DNA of 63,034 nucleotides, the filler included, from Intoshia linei (taxonomy: Eukaryota; Animalia; Orthonectida), in NCBI GenBank assembly GCA_001642005.1. It is 6 parts of 6 records of this genome, joined end to end, with 100 filler letters (N's around TTAATTAATTAA, not from the genome) between each part and the next. Parts side by side here need not be neighbours in the genome. Positions count along the whole stretch, not along the records: positions 1 to 17,870 come from LWCA01000797.1; 5 more parts are not named here. One strand, given 5' to 3'. Positions 1 through 12,701 of this stretch are shown in pieces. Position numbers and translations under genes: made by a program. The first letter of the stretch is position 1; each line of letters starts with the position of its first letter. The notes under the pieces were generated by a model. The model saw nothing but the letters and a program-made list of their open reading frames with translations. It was not told where the DNA came from and did no database searches.

Positions 1-330
1 ATTTGACTGATGGGATTGAATAGTCTCATTAATGATATTTTTATCAATTTCACCTAAAATTTTTATATTTGAATTATTTGTTAAATTTCTATATTTGGAC
101 GGCATATAATATATTAATTTCTAATTGTTAAAAAATTAATAAATAAATATTACTTATTAATTTATTTAAAATGGACGGATAAATTTAATCTGATCGAATC
201 AATTTAACTTAGCGGGACACGTTTCATAGTATAATGTTATTGAATATAAGTTTAACTTGGCGAAAATTGGACTTTTGAATTGCTATGAAAATTGTTATAC
301 ATTTCTAAAAGCGTGATTGCTTGTAATAAG

Positions 331-946
331 CGCGATAGCCAGTAATTTTATCAAACAGCCAAATTGTGTTCATATCCATTAACGACTTTCAAACAGATCA
401 AACATTTATTGTTTTTGAGACCACACGAAATTTTATATTTTGATGAATTTAACTTTCTATTGTAATTTTAATAATGAATAACTGAATTCTATTGAGATTA
501 AATTTTAATTAATATTTATTTGAGAACTTAGAGTTACACTTTAGAATCGTTCTCATTTCAAGTATTTTGATACTGATGTGAGTGGATCTTTTATTTTATC
601 CTCCTGCGATTATAAAAAATCTTTCAATCATTGAGGAACTTAATGTCACACACACTAATTTTAAGGTCAAAGGTTTTTAAATTTTCTAGGGTGTTCGGCG
701 AACACCTTGCACTCTATGACGCTACGCCACTGGATTCAATAGGATTTAGACTATGAGATATCAATTAGTATTTTCGTATAAAACGTATTTTATAACAAAA
801 CTTAAAATTAAAAAGTTAAAGTTAAATTCATCAAAATATAAAATTTCGTGTTTGTTTAAAAAACAATAAATGTTTGATCTGTTTGAAAGTCGTCAATGGA
901 TATGAACACAATTTAACTGTTTGATAAAATTACTGGCGATAGCACT
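331..946. mobile_element. Non-autonomous DNA transposon with ~125-bp terminal inverted repeats (Tc1/mariner-like)
   Basis: Positions 334-457 (GATAGCCAGTAATTTTATCAAACAG...GAATTTAACTTT) are inverted at ~817-942. The right end reads CACTG|TA; the left end is eroded. Confidence 0.7.
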
Positions 947-1145
947 GTAGTTTCTAAATGCTTATGCATTATATTTTATTTAGACAAGCGTGTATTTTGA
1001 ATATAAATTTTATTTATAAGGAATATTTTTGTTTGATTTATGAATTAATTTAACACTACATTTATCAATTCAAATTTAAAATTTATATCATATCAATAAT
1101 ATATTTTCCTTTGAAAATATATTAAACTTACATTATATAATTGTA

Positions 1146-1500
1146 CTAGGTTGACTGTTATGTACTACGTACAAACAGCGCCTAGCTCTGCCGAAAGCAC
1201 ATTTTTATTATAACAAAAAATTTAATTTATGTTGAAAATCTAACTTAAAAATCCCACAATATTATTCACTATTATCAATCCTTTAAAGGAGTGGTTCCCA
1301 AACTTGTTTTAGGTGGAACCGTGATATCACATTACTTTTTACTTTAAAGTGAATTATTCCATCTTAATTTTGTTTTTTTAATATTTGCGTAAAGAATTTT
1401 AAAAACAATTTTTATCCCATTCTTTTAATTTATTAGACAGAATGTGTGTATAATATTAAAAATAAAGTAAAAACAGTCCAATACTAAAAATTGTCATAAA
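1146..1500 (-). mobile_element. Helitron family copy, 3' portion
   Basis: On the minus strand it ends ...GCTGTTTGTACGTAGTACATAACAGTCAACCTAG|T (subterminal hairpin plus CTAG). It is near-identical to the copies at 35408 and 55768. Confidence 0.75.
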
Positions 1501-1534
1501 GGTGTGAGTTTTGGAAATTGAAATTTATATTATT

Positions 1535-1697
1535 ATATGTAAAAATTGTAATGGATTTTCCATTTTGAAGGTTTCATAAATGCATAGGTTAGTATTTCAC
1601 CGCATAAAAGACACATGGCCTTTTTTGTTGGTAGGAGAAGATACAAAACCAAATTGCAGATACTTTGAAAAATATTATCTTGTTTTCATTGTCGATA
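1535..1697 (-). pseudogene. Decayed hAT (Buster/Charlie, ZBED5-like) transposase N-terminal BED-finger fragment
   Basis: The minus strand reads approximately KYLQFGFVSSPTNKK-PMCLLCGEILTYAFMKPSKWKIHY with a frameshift. This resembles the YLxFGF...CxxCxExL...MKPSKLxxH motif of Buster transposases. Confidence 0.65.
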
Positions 1698-2559
1698 CTA
1701 AAATTTAAATAAGTTTATGTAGTGATAACTTAAAATATCACTAGATTTATAGAGCACTAGCTTGGCTGGTTTGTACTTTGTACAAACAGCACCTAGCTCT
1801 GCCGAGGGCGGACATATCTAATTTTAACATTAAAAATTAAATATATTATGGTTCAAATCATTTTTACGAACCCATTAAAGTACGGCTACAAAAATGTATT
1901 ACTGTAGATCATAATTTCATATAATTCTACTGAAAATTTTCCTAAATGTATATCAGAATGAATACATTATGATGATTAATCAGAATTGCCAACTGCGTTA
2001 TTTTCCCCCTGAAAATTATAGTTTCTAAATTCAACTTAGGGCTCAGGGTTAAGTGATATTTCACAGGGTAATTTCATTATTTCAATAAAAATCATTAGAT
2101 CAGACATATTTTATTTATATTCTATAATTTTTTTCTCTATGGTGAAAGACTCTTAGTGTTAGCAGTTAATTTTATTCCATTACTTAGAGACACCCATATT
2201 TTGTTTTTTTTCTTTAAAGTATTCATCATGAAGTCATTTTGAAATGTGCTATTTACTATGTTATGAAACATTTAAAGTATTCATTTTGAAATTTGCAATA
2301 AAAATTGTGTGTAAACTGTTATTATTTTTTGAAAAAGAGACCCCACAGTAAAAGAGAGTCTCCAAAAAAAATTTTTGCATACGGCGAAATTGCATAACAC
2401 GCTGCGCTTCGCTCAAAAAATCGGGTTGAGAATAACCGAATGTTGGTAAACTTTTGATTAATTAAAAAAACAATTGTTATCTAACCTATTTTTGATATTA
2501 TGATGTTATTGAGACGTCTCATCTTCATACTTTTGCCATTTTTTCTGGTGAATGTTATT

Positions 2560-3591
2560 TTTCTTTTTGGCATTTTCAAACAATGAGTTGTTTTATTTTA
2601 TAAATACGTTGCTGTAGGGTAAAATTTAAGTAAAGTTTATACAAAATGTTTTGAAAATTTAAAATTTAAAAATTGAGTAGCAATGAAAAAAATCCGAAGG
2701 AATGAATTATATAGATTTTCACCCATATTTTTTTATTGGAAATGTGTAGACGTTCAATGCACATTTTTTTTTGAAATTGTAGGATCAATATTTACATTTT
2801 CAAGTTTTGATTTTAATTAAAGAGGCCAGAAAAATACGTACTATCACTTTTAGTTTATTTGGAATAAATTTTAAGCCGAAAATTTTTATTCGTCATCATA
2901 GCTATGTAGTTTTGGCTTTACTTTGGCTTTTTAGTTTTGGTAGTTTAATACCAAATAAACTAAAATTGTTTGTACGTATTTTTTCTGGTCACTTTATTTT
3001 AATCGAAATATTTTAAAGGTTAAAATTTTGTATTTATAACAACTGGAATAAGCTCTATCAGAACAATCTTTTTTTTAATTTTCGGACTGTTAATTATTTC
3101 ACATTTATTGTTTTAATAAAATGTTTTGGAAAAAAATATGATTACTAAAATGCTTTTTTGATCGTGAAGTCGTCACTTATTAGGATTGAAATTTTTTATG
3201 TGTGTTAACAGGACACAACTGTATCACCTGTAAATTTTTTGAAATTCTAGGGCTATTTTCAAAAAAAGGAAGAGGAATTTGGGGTTTTGGCCCTGAAGAT
3301 ATTTTTTTAAATTTAAATTTATGATAATGTTCATGATTTTAAAGTCCGTATCAGCGTATATATTTTTTTAAATTCTCCAACTCGTTTGATTTTCAAAAAG
3401 AGGAACAACTGAAGTTTTTGACCTGTAAGATGTAAAATTGGGAGGTTGAAATTTATCTTAATATACGCCCCGAAAAAAACTGTAATTGAAATGTGTTCTT
3501 TAAAAAATCCTAAGACGCGTAATTATTTAAATAAATTTGAACATACAGACACACTATCAAAAATCGCTTAGCATATTATATAAGTTAGGAT
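2560..3591 (-). mobile_element. Helitron family copy, 5' and middle portion
   Basis: On the minus strand it begins A|TCCTAACTTATATAATATGC. It is collinear with the copies at 35408-36718 and 16822-17870. Confidence 0.75.
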
Positions 3592-3688
3592 ATTTATTTT
3601 TATTATTCAAATTTGATTTCAAAATATTTAAAGTTTCCACAATTCAGTTTTACCTTCATTATATTTTGATTTTTTTAGGCTTAGATTA

Positions 3689-5065
3689 CAGTGCCCGACA
3701 TAAGTCTTAGGCACCCCAACTGTAAATTATTTAAACACAAATCACAAATCATATTTTACTGGGTATTTGTAATACTTCTACTTATGTACGTTGATAAGAA
3801 TTTTGTTTTTTACGTTTTCGAACGTATACTCTTCTTTTTGTAAATAATTCAAATCAAATTTCATCCGTGAAGCTTATTTTTTTTAATTGGTTCGTCCATG
3901 CAACTTTTTACTTACACGTTTTAAAACGGTTTGTTCTGTGAAATTTTTTAAGAAACGGTTTTTGACTTGTATTTTTCCATATAATCCAAATCTACACAGT
4001 GTCAATTTATTAGGTAAATTTTAAAAATTAAAAAATTTGTTTCAAAGAGTGGACTAAATTCTTAAATTTTTTTTTAGGGAGTGTGCACAATAGTTTACGA
4101 CAATATTTAAAATGCAAACAAAAAAATCTAATACAATTAAAATTAAAATAATTGAATATATATAAATATTAGTTAATACGTTCATTCATTCGTTCATTTT
4201 TAAATCGTTTTTTTGTCCATTATAAATTTCCCTAATAATTTGACACACTAAATTATGCAAGAAAACGATAATAAGTAGATAAAAAGTTTTTTTGCATATT
4301 AACTATTTATTTTTTTATGAATAATATTAGCATCTGTTACAATTCACCGAATTACAAAAAAAATAAATATTTTGGCTAGATCTTGAGTGTATGACATAGC
4401 TTTATAGGATTTGCGTAAAAATTTGACACAGTGTGCACACGTTGCACCGTCTTTAAACTAAACTTTTTTGTAATGCTGGGGTGTATTTTAAATTTTAATA
4501 CTGTTAAGCAAGGGTTTTTCTTTGATTCCCTTATTATAATAGTCTCTTCTCTGTCTGTCAGCATGCGTTTTCGATCTGATCTTGGCAAGTAAGCTATGCA
4601 TAAACTATTTTCGTATTTTTGTAATAATATTTTGAAACGCTCATGAAGAAATACTAAAAATTTTATTTATAAAACCCTAACTTTTGTCTTCCTTGCATTA
4701 AGATACGGTTTGACATCTTTTTTTGTCACTTATTCGCGTCATTTACTAAACAAATAGTTATTTTTAATTTAATAGATAATTAGATAGAGATATTAGTAAT
4801 TTATTACTATTTTTCGTTTTTATGGATATTTAATTAATTATAATTGAAATTATCAGGGTGCCTAAGACTTATGTCGTAAATATTTTTAATTGTATTAAAA
4901 TGTATTTTTTTATAGGTAGTTTATGACATCAGCATGGTTATATATTGGTGAGATCATTCTTTAATTAGTCTGATATTTAATTTTAAGTTTAAGATTCGCC
5001 TTATTAATTTTATAGTGGTTTTTAATGAGAATGTGTAGGGTGCCTAAGACTTATGTCACACACTG
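3689..5065 (-). mobile_element. Internally deleted Tc1-like transposon (IR/DR type)
   Basis: The termini are TA|CAGTGCCCGACATAAGTCTTAGGCACCC and GGGTGCCTAAGACTTATGTCACACACTG|TA. An inner repeat GGGTGCCTAAGACTTATGTC lies at ~4857. The ORF remnant PRSDRKRMLTDREETIIIRESKKNP resembles the Tc1 GRPR/HTH region. Confidence 0.8.
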
Positions 5066-6727
5066 TAAGTGTTTAATATTTAATGTTAGTTTTTTCTCTT
5101 TAGATTATGTAAAAGTGTACATTTTCAAAAAATATTGCAAGAAGGGGATTTCTCCCTTAAAGGTTGTTAAAATTGCATAAAGAAATTTTTCACGGATAGT
5201 TTGGTACAATCGCAATTTTCAAACAAAATTAGAAAAAGTAGATTTCTCCTTTAAGGGATGGTAAAATTGAATGATTTCTCTTAGGGTTGGATTAAGAAGT
5301 TATTTCATGTCAGGTTTGATAAAAACGAATTTTTCAATAAAATATTAAGAAGTGGATTTTTCCCTTAAGAGTTGGTAAGTTTGAATTTATTTTTGAGTTG
5401 AATTTAGTGGTTTTTTCTTTTTAATAATATTAAATTAATTCCTGATATAATACATTATTTTAGCCGTGGACCCCTGGGGTCCACATGGAACCCTTTGAGA
5501 AACTGCTTCACACAGAATATTCTGTGAACACTACACTCAGGGCCTCTGAAACATAGAATACAACACGCAGAGCCGCGGAGAGCCAACAGTAGGTCGCTAT
5601 AAAATTTTTATTTTTTAAATTAGGACGTCTATGCATTGTTTAATCGATCTTTTATTGCCTAAAAATTGAAAATAACAGTTTTAAATCGCATTGGTCATCA
5701 TAATTTTGACATACTGAAGAAATTTTCCAGCATTAAATATTAATAAATTAAAATATTAGGACCCTCATGATTGTGGGGCCGGGTCATATGCTTTCCTATC
5801 CCTCTCTACGGCCCTGAGAATATGTCATGACCCTTAACCTCTTCACAACCTTGCATACATAACTATGTTAATTAAACTTTAGTGTCTAAGTCTTAGACAC
5901 TACGAGCCACATGTTAATGAAAATAATTTTAATTACGAAATTAGTAAAGAAATAAAAATTAATTTGCAAAGCATACAAATCACACGTTTTTGTATACAAT
6001 TGTAATTAATTCAACATCAAAATGAAAATATTAATATAATAAAGTTAAAATAGAAATATATACATTAATTTTCCAACTTCAAAGGATAAAATAGGACAAA
6101 CGTAAGTTATGAATGCAAAGCTGCAAAGCCAACCATATTTTGTATGGTTTTGTATTTATTGTACCAGACTGATTAATTTAAATTAATATTTGAATGATAA
6201 ACTAGAATATTAATGTGATCTGACTTGCATGTATTTTTACAAATGTAGACTTGATTGTCAATTATCATTAATTAATATGCATGATTTTAATCGTATGATT
6301 GATATCAATAAATGTGATCTTCTCGCAGTGCCGTCTGATAATGATGACAAACAATTCAGTTTCAAATATTTAATAATATAAATATTAAATCATATATATT
6401 AATATATTATTAGTATTAATAATATAATATATATAAATATACGAAACCGTGGCAGGTCGTACATAAATTTGAAACGGGCACAAGTTTGATACGGCTGCTG
6501 TATATTAACTCTGATTAATTAGTTCTGACTTTCAATAATCACATCTGACTGTGAAACAACTATTAGGGTCTTTTAGTGCATTTATTTGACTGTTAAACAA
6601 TCGACTGATTTCAATACACACATTACTTAGACCTGAGTATTTTTGATTGTATCGAAAATTTCGAGTACTCATATTTGAGTAATTTGGAGTCTGAGGATTA
6701 AGAAAAATATATACATTATAATTACAG

Positions 6728-9700
6728 ATTAAATTTGAAGATGCAGAAACAATTTGTCGAATGTCAATCAACGAATTACTGAACCAAATGAAATTACCTG
6801 ATTTCGACAGAATTGAATTACTACGTGCATATCAGTACATGGTATTTACTTCATATTAAAAAATAAATGTAATTTTATAGGCGATCGTATCACATAAACA
6901 CACAAATTGTTTGACGGCATTTAATTATGATGCAGAAGTAAAATGATATAAAACATTCTGTCTATAGTCGTCAATCCTAGACTTACTTAATTTTGGGATA
7001 GTTAAGAATTTGGGGAATTAGAGAAACAAAAAAATAGAAAACATATTCATTTTATTAAAAAAATTTTATATCTAGAATCTGGATTCCAGATCCCCGGGGA
7101 TTCCCATATTAATAAAATATACTTAACAAAAATATATGACGATGTAGATGATTGGTGAATTTTCGAGATAATCCTAGATCAACTTAGTAGCTTACAAAAT
7201 TTTAGAGTGAATTAACAGAAAAAATAAAAAATAGAACTCAAGACCACAAGGATTTATTGCTACAGGATTTACCACTGAGTATAAAGGACGTTCATTTTAT
7301 GAAAGTAATTTTGATTTATTTGGTTAAATAATCATTTTTAAGGGATATGATTGTACATATGGCTGTCCAAAATATATAAACAAGCCAATTAAAGAAAATT
7401 CAAAATTTATTCAAGTTTCCTATTTGGTATAACTCATAAATATTATATTATAGTGCTTAATTGAACAAGGCGCCATTTTGTTTTGCAGAACCAATGTTCC
7501 TCAAACGGCACTTTCGTAATTCTATCTATTTTTAATTAAAAATGTAAAATTAGCTTCAATACTAACAACCCTGTCTTTGGAGTAACAGCGAATCCACATT
7601 CAAATATGAAAATAAATTATACTTCGGGTGGTTCATCTGGAGGTATATTGATATCATAAGTACATAACTGTTCCTAATTTGATAAAATTAGAAATTTATT
7701 CTTTTATTATTTTTTTAGGTGAAGCAGCTTTGATTTCATGTGGAGGCTCAATCATAGGTTGTTTAAAAACTTTTTTAAATTTACATGTATATATTTTTAA
7801 ATTATATGTAGGAATTGGATCTGATATTGGAGGTTCCATTCGAATTCCATCTGCAATGTGTGGCATAGTGGGTATTAAACCAACACAAAATCGAGTCAGG
7901 TAATATGACTAATATTAATTAATATACTTTTCAATTGAATGTACATTTATATTCTAATTCTAATCTAATTTTCCATATAGCACCACCGATATGTACGAAC
8001 ACGAATCTGGTCAAAATTTAAGTATTTTTTATCATATTTTATTTAGGGTGATCCTAAATGTGACTAGTGACCCTCCTAATAAAATAATCAAAATTATTTA
8101 AAAAATTAATGTGGAATTTAATAAATTATTTGTTGATACCATTTTATGAGTAAAAATTAATAATTTGCAAAGTAACTTAAAATATTTCTAACAAAAACTT
8201 TAACATTACCAGAAATCAATGTTATTGAAGCAGTTTAATCAGGGTTTATAACCGTGGTAATTTTATGTAAGCACAATTTTTTAACGATAAAAATTGGAAT
8301 ATAAGTAAAATTATTGAAATTATAAAATTTAATTAGAATAACCCTAAAACTTTAAAAAATGGTTTTCAAGGTACATTTTCAATATTGCGACTCGATTTTA
8401 CGAAATATACTTGAACCACGCTAAGCCTTTACTAAAATTTAAATTTATCGTCGTAAAGGTTAAAATAACAAAATTTGTTTGATAAATAGTTGAGTAGTCA
8501 GTTTGATCATAAACGACATTCTTAATCCTTAATTATATAAAATGGTTTGTTTGTCTGTGTATTATCGTTTATTTCAATAACTAAGAGTTTAGAATTTTAT
8601 AAAGTTCACATTTCTATTACAGTTTTTTCCGGGAAAAGTAAGATAAATTTGAACCTCCGAAACTCACATCTTACGGGTTAAAAATCTCAATTATCTTCTT
8701 TTTTTTTGAAAATCAAGCCAGTTCGAGAATTTAAAAAATATACATTCTGATTTTAAAATTTAAAAAAAAATACAGGTGGTACAGTTGTATCCTTTTAACA
8801 CATACAAAAAATTCCGAAGGAATGAATTATATTAGATTTTAACCCATATTTCTTTATTGGAAATGTGGACGTTCAATGCACATTTTTTTTGAAATTGTAG
8901 AATCAATATTTACATTTTAAATTTTTATTTTAATCCAAACATTTGAAATCAAATCAAAAAAAGAAGGGTAATTTGTGGTTTTGGCTCTGAAGATATATTT
9001 TTTTTAAATTTAAATTAATGACTTGATGAATTTATGATTTTAAAATCCGTATCAGAGTATATATTTTTTTAAATTCTCAAACTCGTTTGATTTTCAAAAA
9101 AAAGGACAATTGGGGTTTTTGACCAATAAGATGTGAGTTTGGGAGGTTGAAATTTATTTTGCTAACACCTCCGGAAAAAACGGTAATTGAAATGTGGACT
9201 TTATAAAATTATATATTATATAAATTCTAAGACTGGTAGTTATTGAAATAAACGATAACACACACACACAAACAAACAAAGCAAACTTATATAATTATAA
9301 ATAAGGAATCTTTACTAAGGATAAAGTATTGTAGTAAAATTTATTACAATGCTTTGCAATGTTGGTAAATTTCATCCGAAATGTTTTTAAACCGCTGCTT
9401 CCGTTAATTATTGATATATAATTGGTAATAAATCATCAGGGGTGAATTCAAGGGGATGCAGAAGGTGCAGTTGCACCCCTAAGTTTTTAATTAATGTTTT
9501 GTAAAATAACTGAAAAATTAATTTCCCTTTTTTTTATGCTGATCATTTTTTTATTTTTGTGAAAAAATACAAATTTAGAAACTATTGTATAACAACCTTT
9601 AAATAAAATTAAAAGAGACGCTTTAAAATCAAACTAGACGCCTTGCTATTAAAAGAGACGCCCTAAAAGATTTTCCCATTCGGTGAAGTTAAATATATAT

Positions 9701-11288
9701 TGCTCACTTCGCTCGCACCCCATTAACTAGACTCTTGGATCCGCCCCTGATCATGTTAAATTAAATTTAAATTTTTAATGTTAAAATTAAATAAGTTCGT
9801 CCTCGATAGAACTATATACTATATATATATAGAAGCTGTTTTTACGTAGTATAAACAGTCAAGCTTATCAATTATCAAATGTGATATTACTAAATTTTAA
9901 CAAAATGATTAGTTTTACCTGTTAATGGGCCACTAGCTCGAGATGTGGACGGACTAGTATTGGTCATGAAGGCAATGTTATCCGAAACTATGTATAAAGT
10001 CGACGCAACAATGACACCATCATATTTCCGAGAAAAAGTAGCAATTAATAATAAGTACATTATATTAATTTGTAGATTTTTAACGATGAAAGAAAATTAA
10101 AAATTGGTTATTTCGTCGGATCTAAAAATCTTAATGTATTACCGTGCATGCGACGAGCCGTCCATTTGACCACAGATACACTCAAATCAAAAGGACATAC
10201 AGTAAAATTTTTTTTAATAATCAAATGAATTACTTGTATGTTAAATAAGTTTTATTAAAAGTAGGTGTTATTTTTCGGTATCGGGCGGCATCCAAAATTT
10301 CGCATTTAAACCTTGACTGTGATACATATGTATGTGAACCAGACAAGTTTAATTAATAATTCATAGATAGTTGAATGGGAACCTATTGGTCTGGAAGAAT
10401 CGATAATTTTATTTAGCAAGACAATTTTAGCGGATGGCGGTGAAGAATTATTGCGATTATTGTAATATTAAATAGTCTTTAAATGAAAACTTTAAATATA
10501 TAATTTACTAGTAAGAACGACGATTTGATGCCAAATCTAGTACAACTACGACGAGTATTATCTTTGCCAAAAGTAGCTCGATCAGCATTAACTTATTTTG
10601 TACCTAAAAATGTAAATAATAATCAATATTAAATAATGCACATATTTAGGATGTCTACCAAGTTGCACTTGCGAAAGGGATCAATGGAGTAGGGTAAACT
10701 TAATAAAACTTTTTTAAAAACTATTTAGATCTTATAAAAATTGGTTAAAATTATATAAGGAAATAACGGTAATAAATAAACGTGATTAAAATATAATGAA
10801 CCTTGAATAGGAATTGAGATTAAAAATAATTAAATCATTACAAGATAATGATATTGATGTAATAATCGTACCAGGGTTTGCTGTTCCGTCTGTCCCAGAA
10901 AATAATACTGTCAACAAAGAGGGTAAAAAAATAATGAAATGTATTACATTTATTTTATAAAGTATCAATTTGGCCTGTTATATATGCCAATGTAATAAAT
11001 TTTGTTGCTGGATCAATACCAATAACCAACGTTTGCGAGCAAGATTTAAAGGATGCAAAAAAAGAACAACTAACAAATAATACATGGTGCTTTAGTCAGC
11101 TAACTCAAGTAAATATACACAATACAATACTTTATTTTTAGATGTGTCCAAATTCCATGGGAATGCCAATAAATGTACAAGTTTATGGAAAACCAAATAG
11201 TGAAGAATTGGTCCTTTCGGTAATGAAACAAATTGAATCTGAAATTAATTTTGAAAAAAAATATTTCATTAATAAAAAATTAGATTAA
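6728..11288 (+). CDS. FAAH: Fatty-acid amide hydrolase-like amidase (multi-exon; 5' end not resolved)
   Basis: Spliced exons give LPLSIKD (catalytic Lys), [64 protein letters not shown] (amidase signature), [14 protein letters not shown] and [26 protein letters not shown]. The stop is at 11286-11288. Confidence 0.9.
8525..9866. mobile_element. Nested, oppositely oriented Helitron copies in a FAAH intron
   Basis: A plus-strand 5' end lies at 8525. A minus-strand copy spans ~8810-9307. The plus-strand copy then resumes and has a decayed 3' hairpin at ~9835-9866. Confidence 0.65.
9437..9749. mobile_element. MITE with 5-bp target site duplication (hAT5-like)
   Basis: ATCAT|CAGGGGTGAATTCAAG ... 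CTTGGATCCGCCCCTG|ATCAT. Confidence 0.7.
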
Positions 11289-11670
11289 TTGATTGATTAG
11301 TTTTATACAAAAATCGTATCTCAAGTCTAACTACCTAACTAACTATGATTATAAATATAGTATGGGATGAAAATTAACAATTTAGATACACATTTTCAAG
11401 ATGATGAATAAAAAATTTATGTGACATAATATACATAATTTACGTCCTTTACAACTTCACGTGAATCATATTCAAGATAATAGTTTAACAATTGATATAT
11501 TCATCCGATTTTAAATGTCATTTCTATTTTATTCCAATTTTTCTCTTAAGATTCATGAATAATAATAATATAAAAAAATGATAATGCATAATAAGAACTG
11601 AACCCACCCAGTTCTAGGCCACGCCGAAGATTAACATTTTTTTAAAAACGATGCGTACTGTCATATATTC

Positions 11671-12150
11671 CAGTGGTTCCCAAATGGGGCTTGGCCCCAC
11701 CCGGGGTGGCCTACATAGTTTGAGGGTGCTGCATATTTAAGAAACATTTTTAAATTGAATTAGAATCGTTAACATTAATTTGATTTAGTATTTGATATTT
11801 ACATATGTGTTAATTAATATATTCTTGAAATTCGGATTAATTTTGTATTATAATAAATTTAAATGTTATTAACCCTTACCAGACAATAACACGTATATAA
11901 ACAAAAAAGAACAATCATAAATTTACAATTGTTTGTATACTAGGCCCTAGCAACTAATGTGTCAACTATACTAAAGTATGATCTATTACGAAAAAAAACC
12001 AGTAATATTAATATTAAAAGATAACATTTTTTTAATCGCTGTTATAATAATATAATAAACATATTTACTATTTTGTACTTATTGATCTTCTCAATAAAAT
12101 ATTTGTATACTGTTAGGGGGGTCGACAATATATTTTTTGGGGAACCACTG
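11671..12150. mobile_element. hAT (Buster/Charlie-type) MITE
   Basis: ATATATTC|CAGTGGTTCCCAA ... TTGGGGAACCACTG|ATATACTC; the 8-bp TSD has one mismatch. Confidence 0.8.
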
Positions 12151-12701
12151 ATATACTCCTTGCCATCTCTCTAATGTTTTTGACGTTACATTTTAAATTT
12201 AACACATCAACTATAAAAGTTTTCTAATAATTTAATTAAAGAAAATTGTGCAATATCAGTTGACCGAAATTTATAGAAATGGAGATAGCTCGAAAAATTA
12301 ATGTCATTGAAATAACTAATAATACCACATTAATCAGAGAATTAAAATAATAATCTGGTTATATTTTTTCTCTGATAAAAACAAAAAGTTTTGATTTGTA
12401 TAGCAGTGAAATTCCTAAATTAGTTAAGAACTAATTTTGGTGTTATGAATCATACATAATTATCAATGATGCTTTTTCTAAATAAATAATGATAAATAAA
12501 AGAAAGTGAAAGGAATACAAAAACAGAAGTTTGTTTGGTTATGTTTAAAATTAGTACCGCAGATACTCGAAAAATTAATATAAGTATTATAATAAAGTAA
12601 ATAGAAACATGTATAGAAATATAAAGGTAAGAATAACGTTTAATAATAAAGATTGATTCACTCGTATTTATTTATATTATTTATTCAACGACATTATAAA
12701 A

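Noticed and set aside
6088-6375. Possible upstream FAAH exons
   Set aside because: The stretches are open, but they have no recognisable homology and no consistent splice phase linking them to the exon at 6728.
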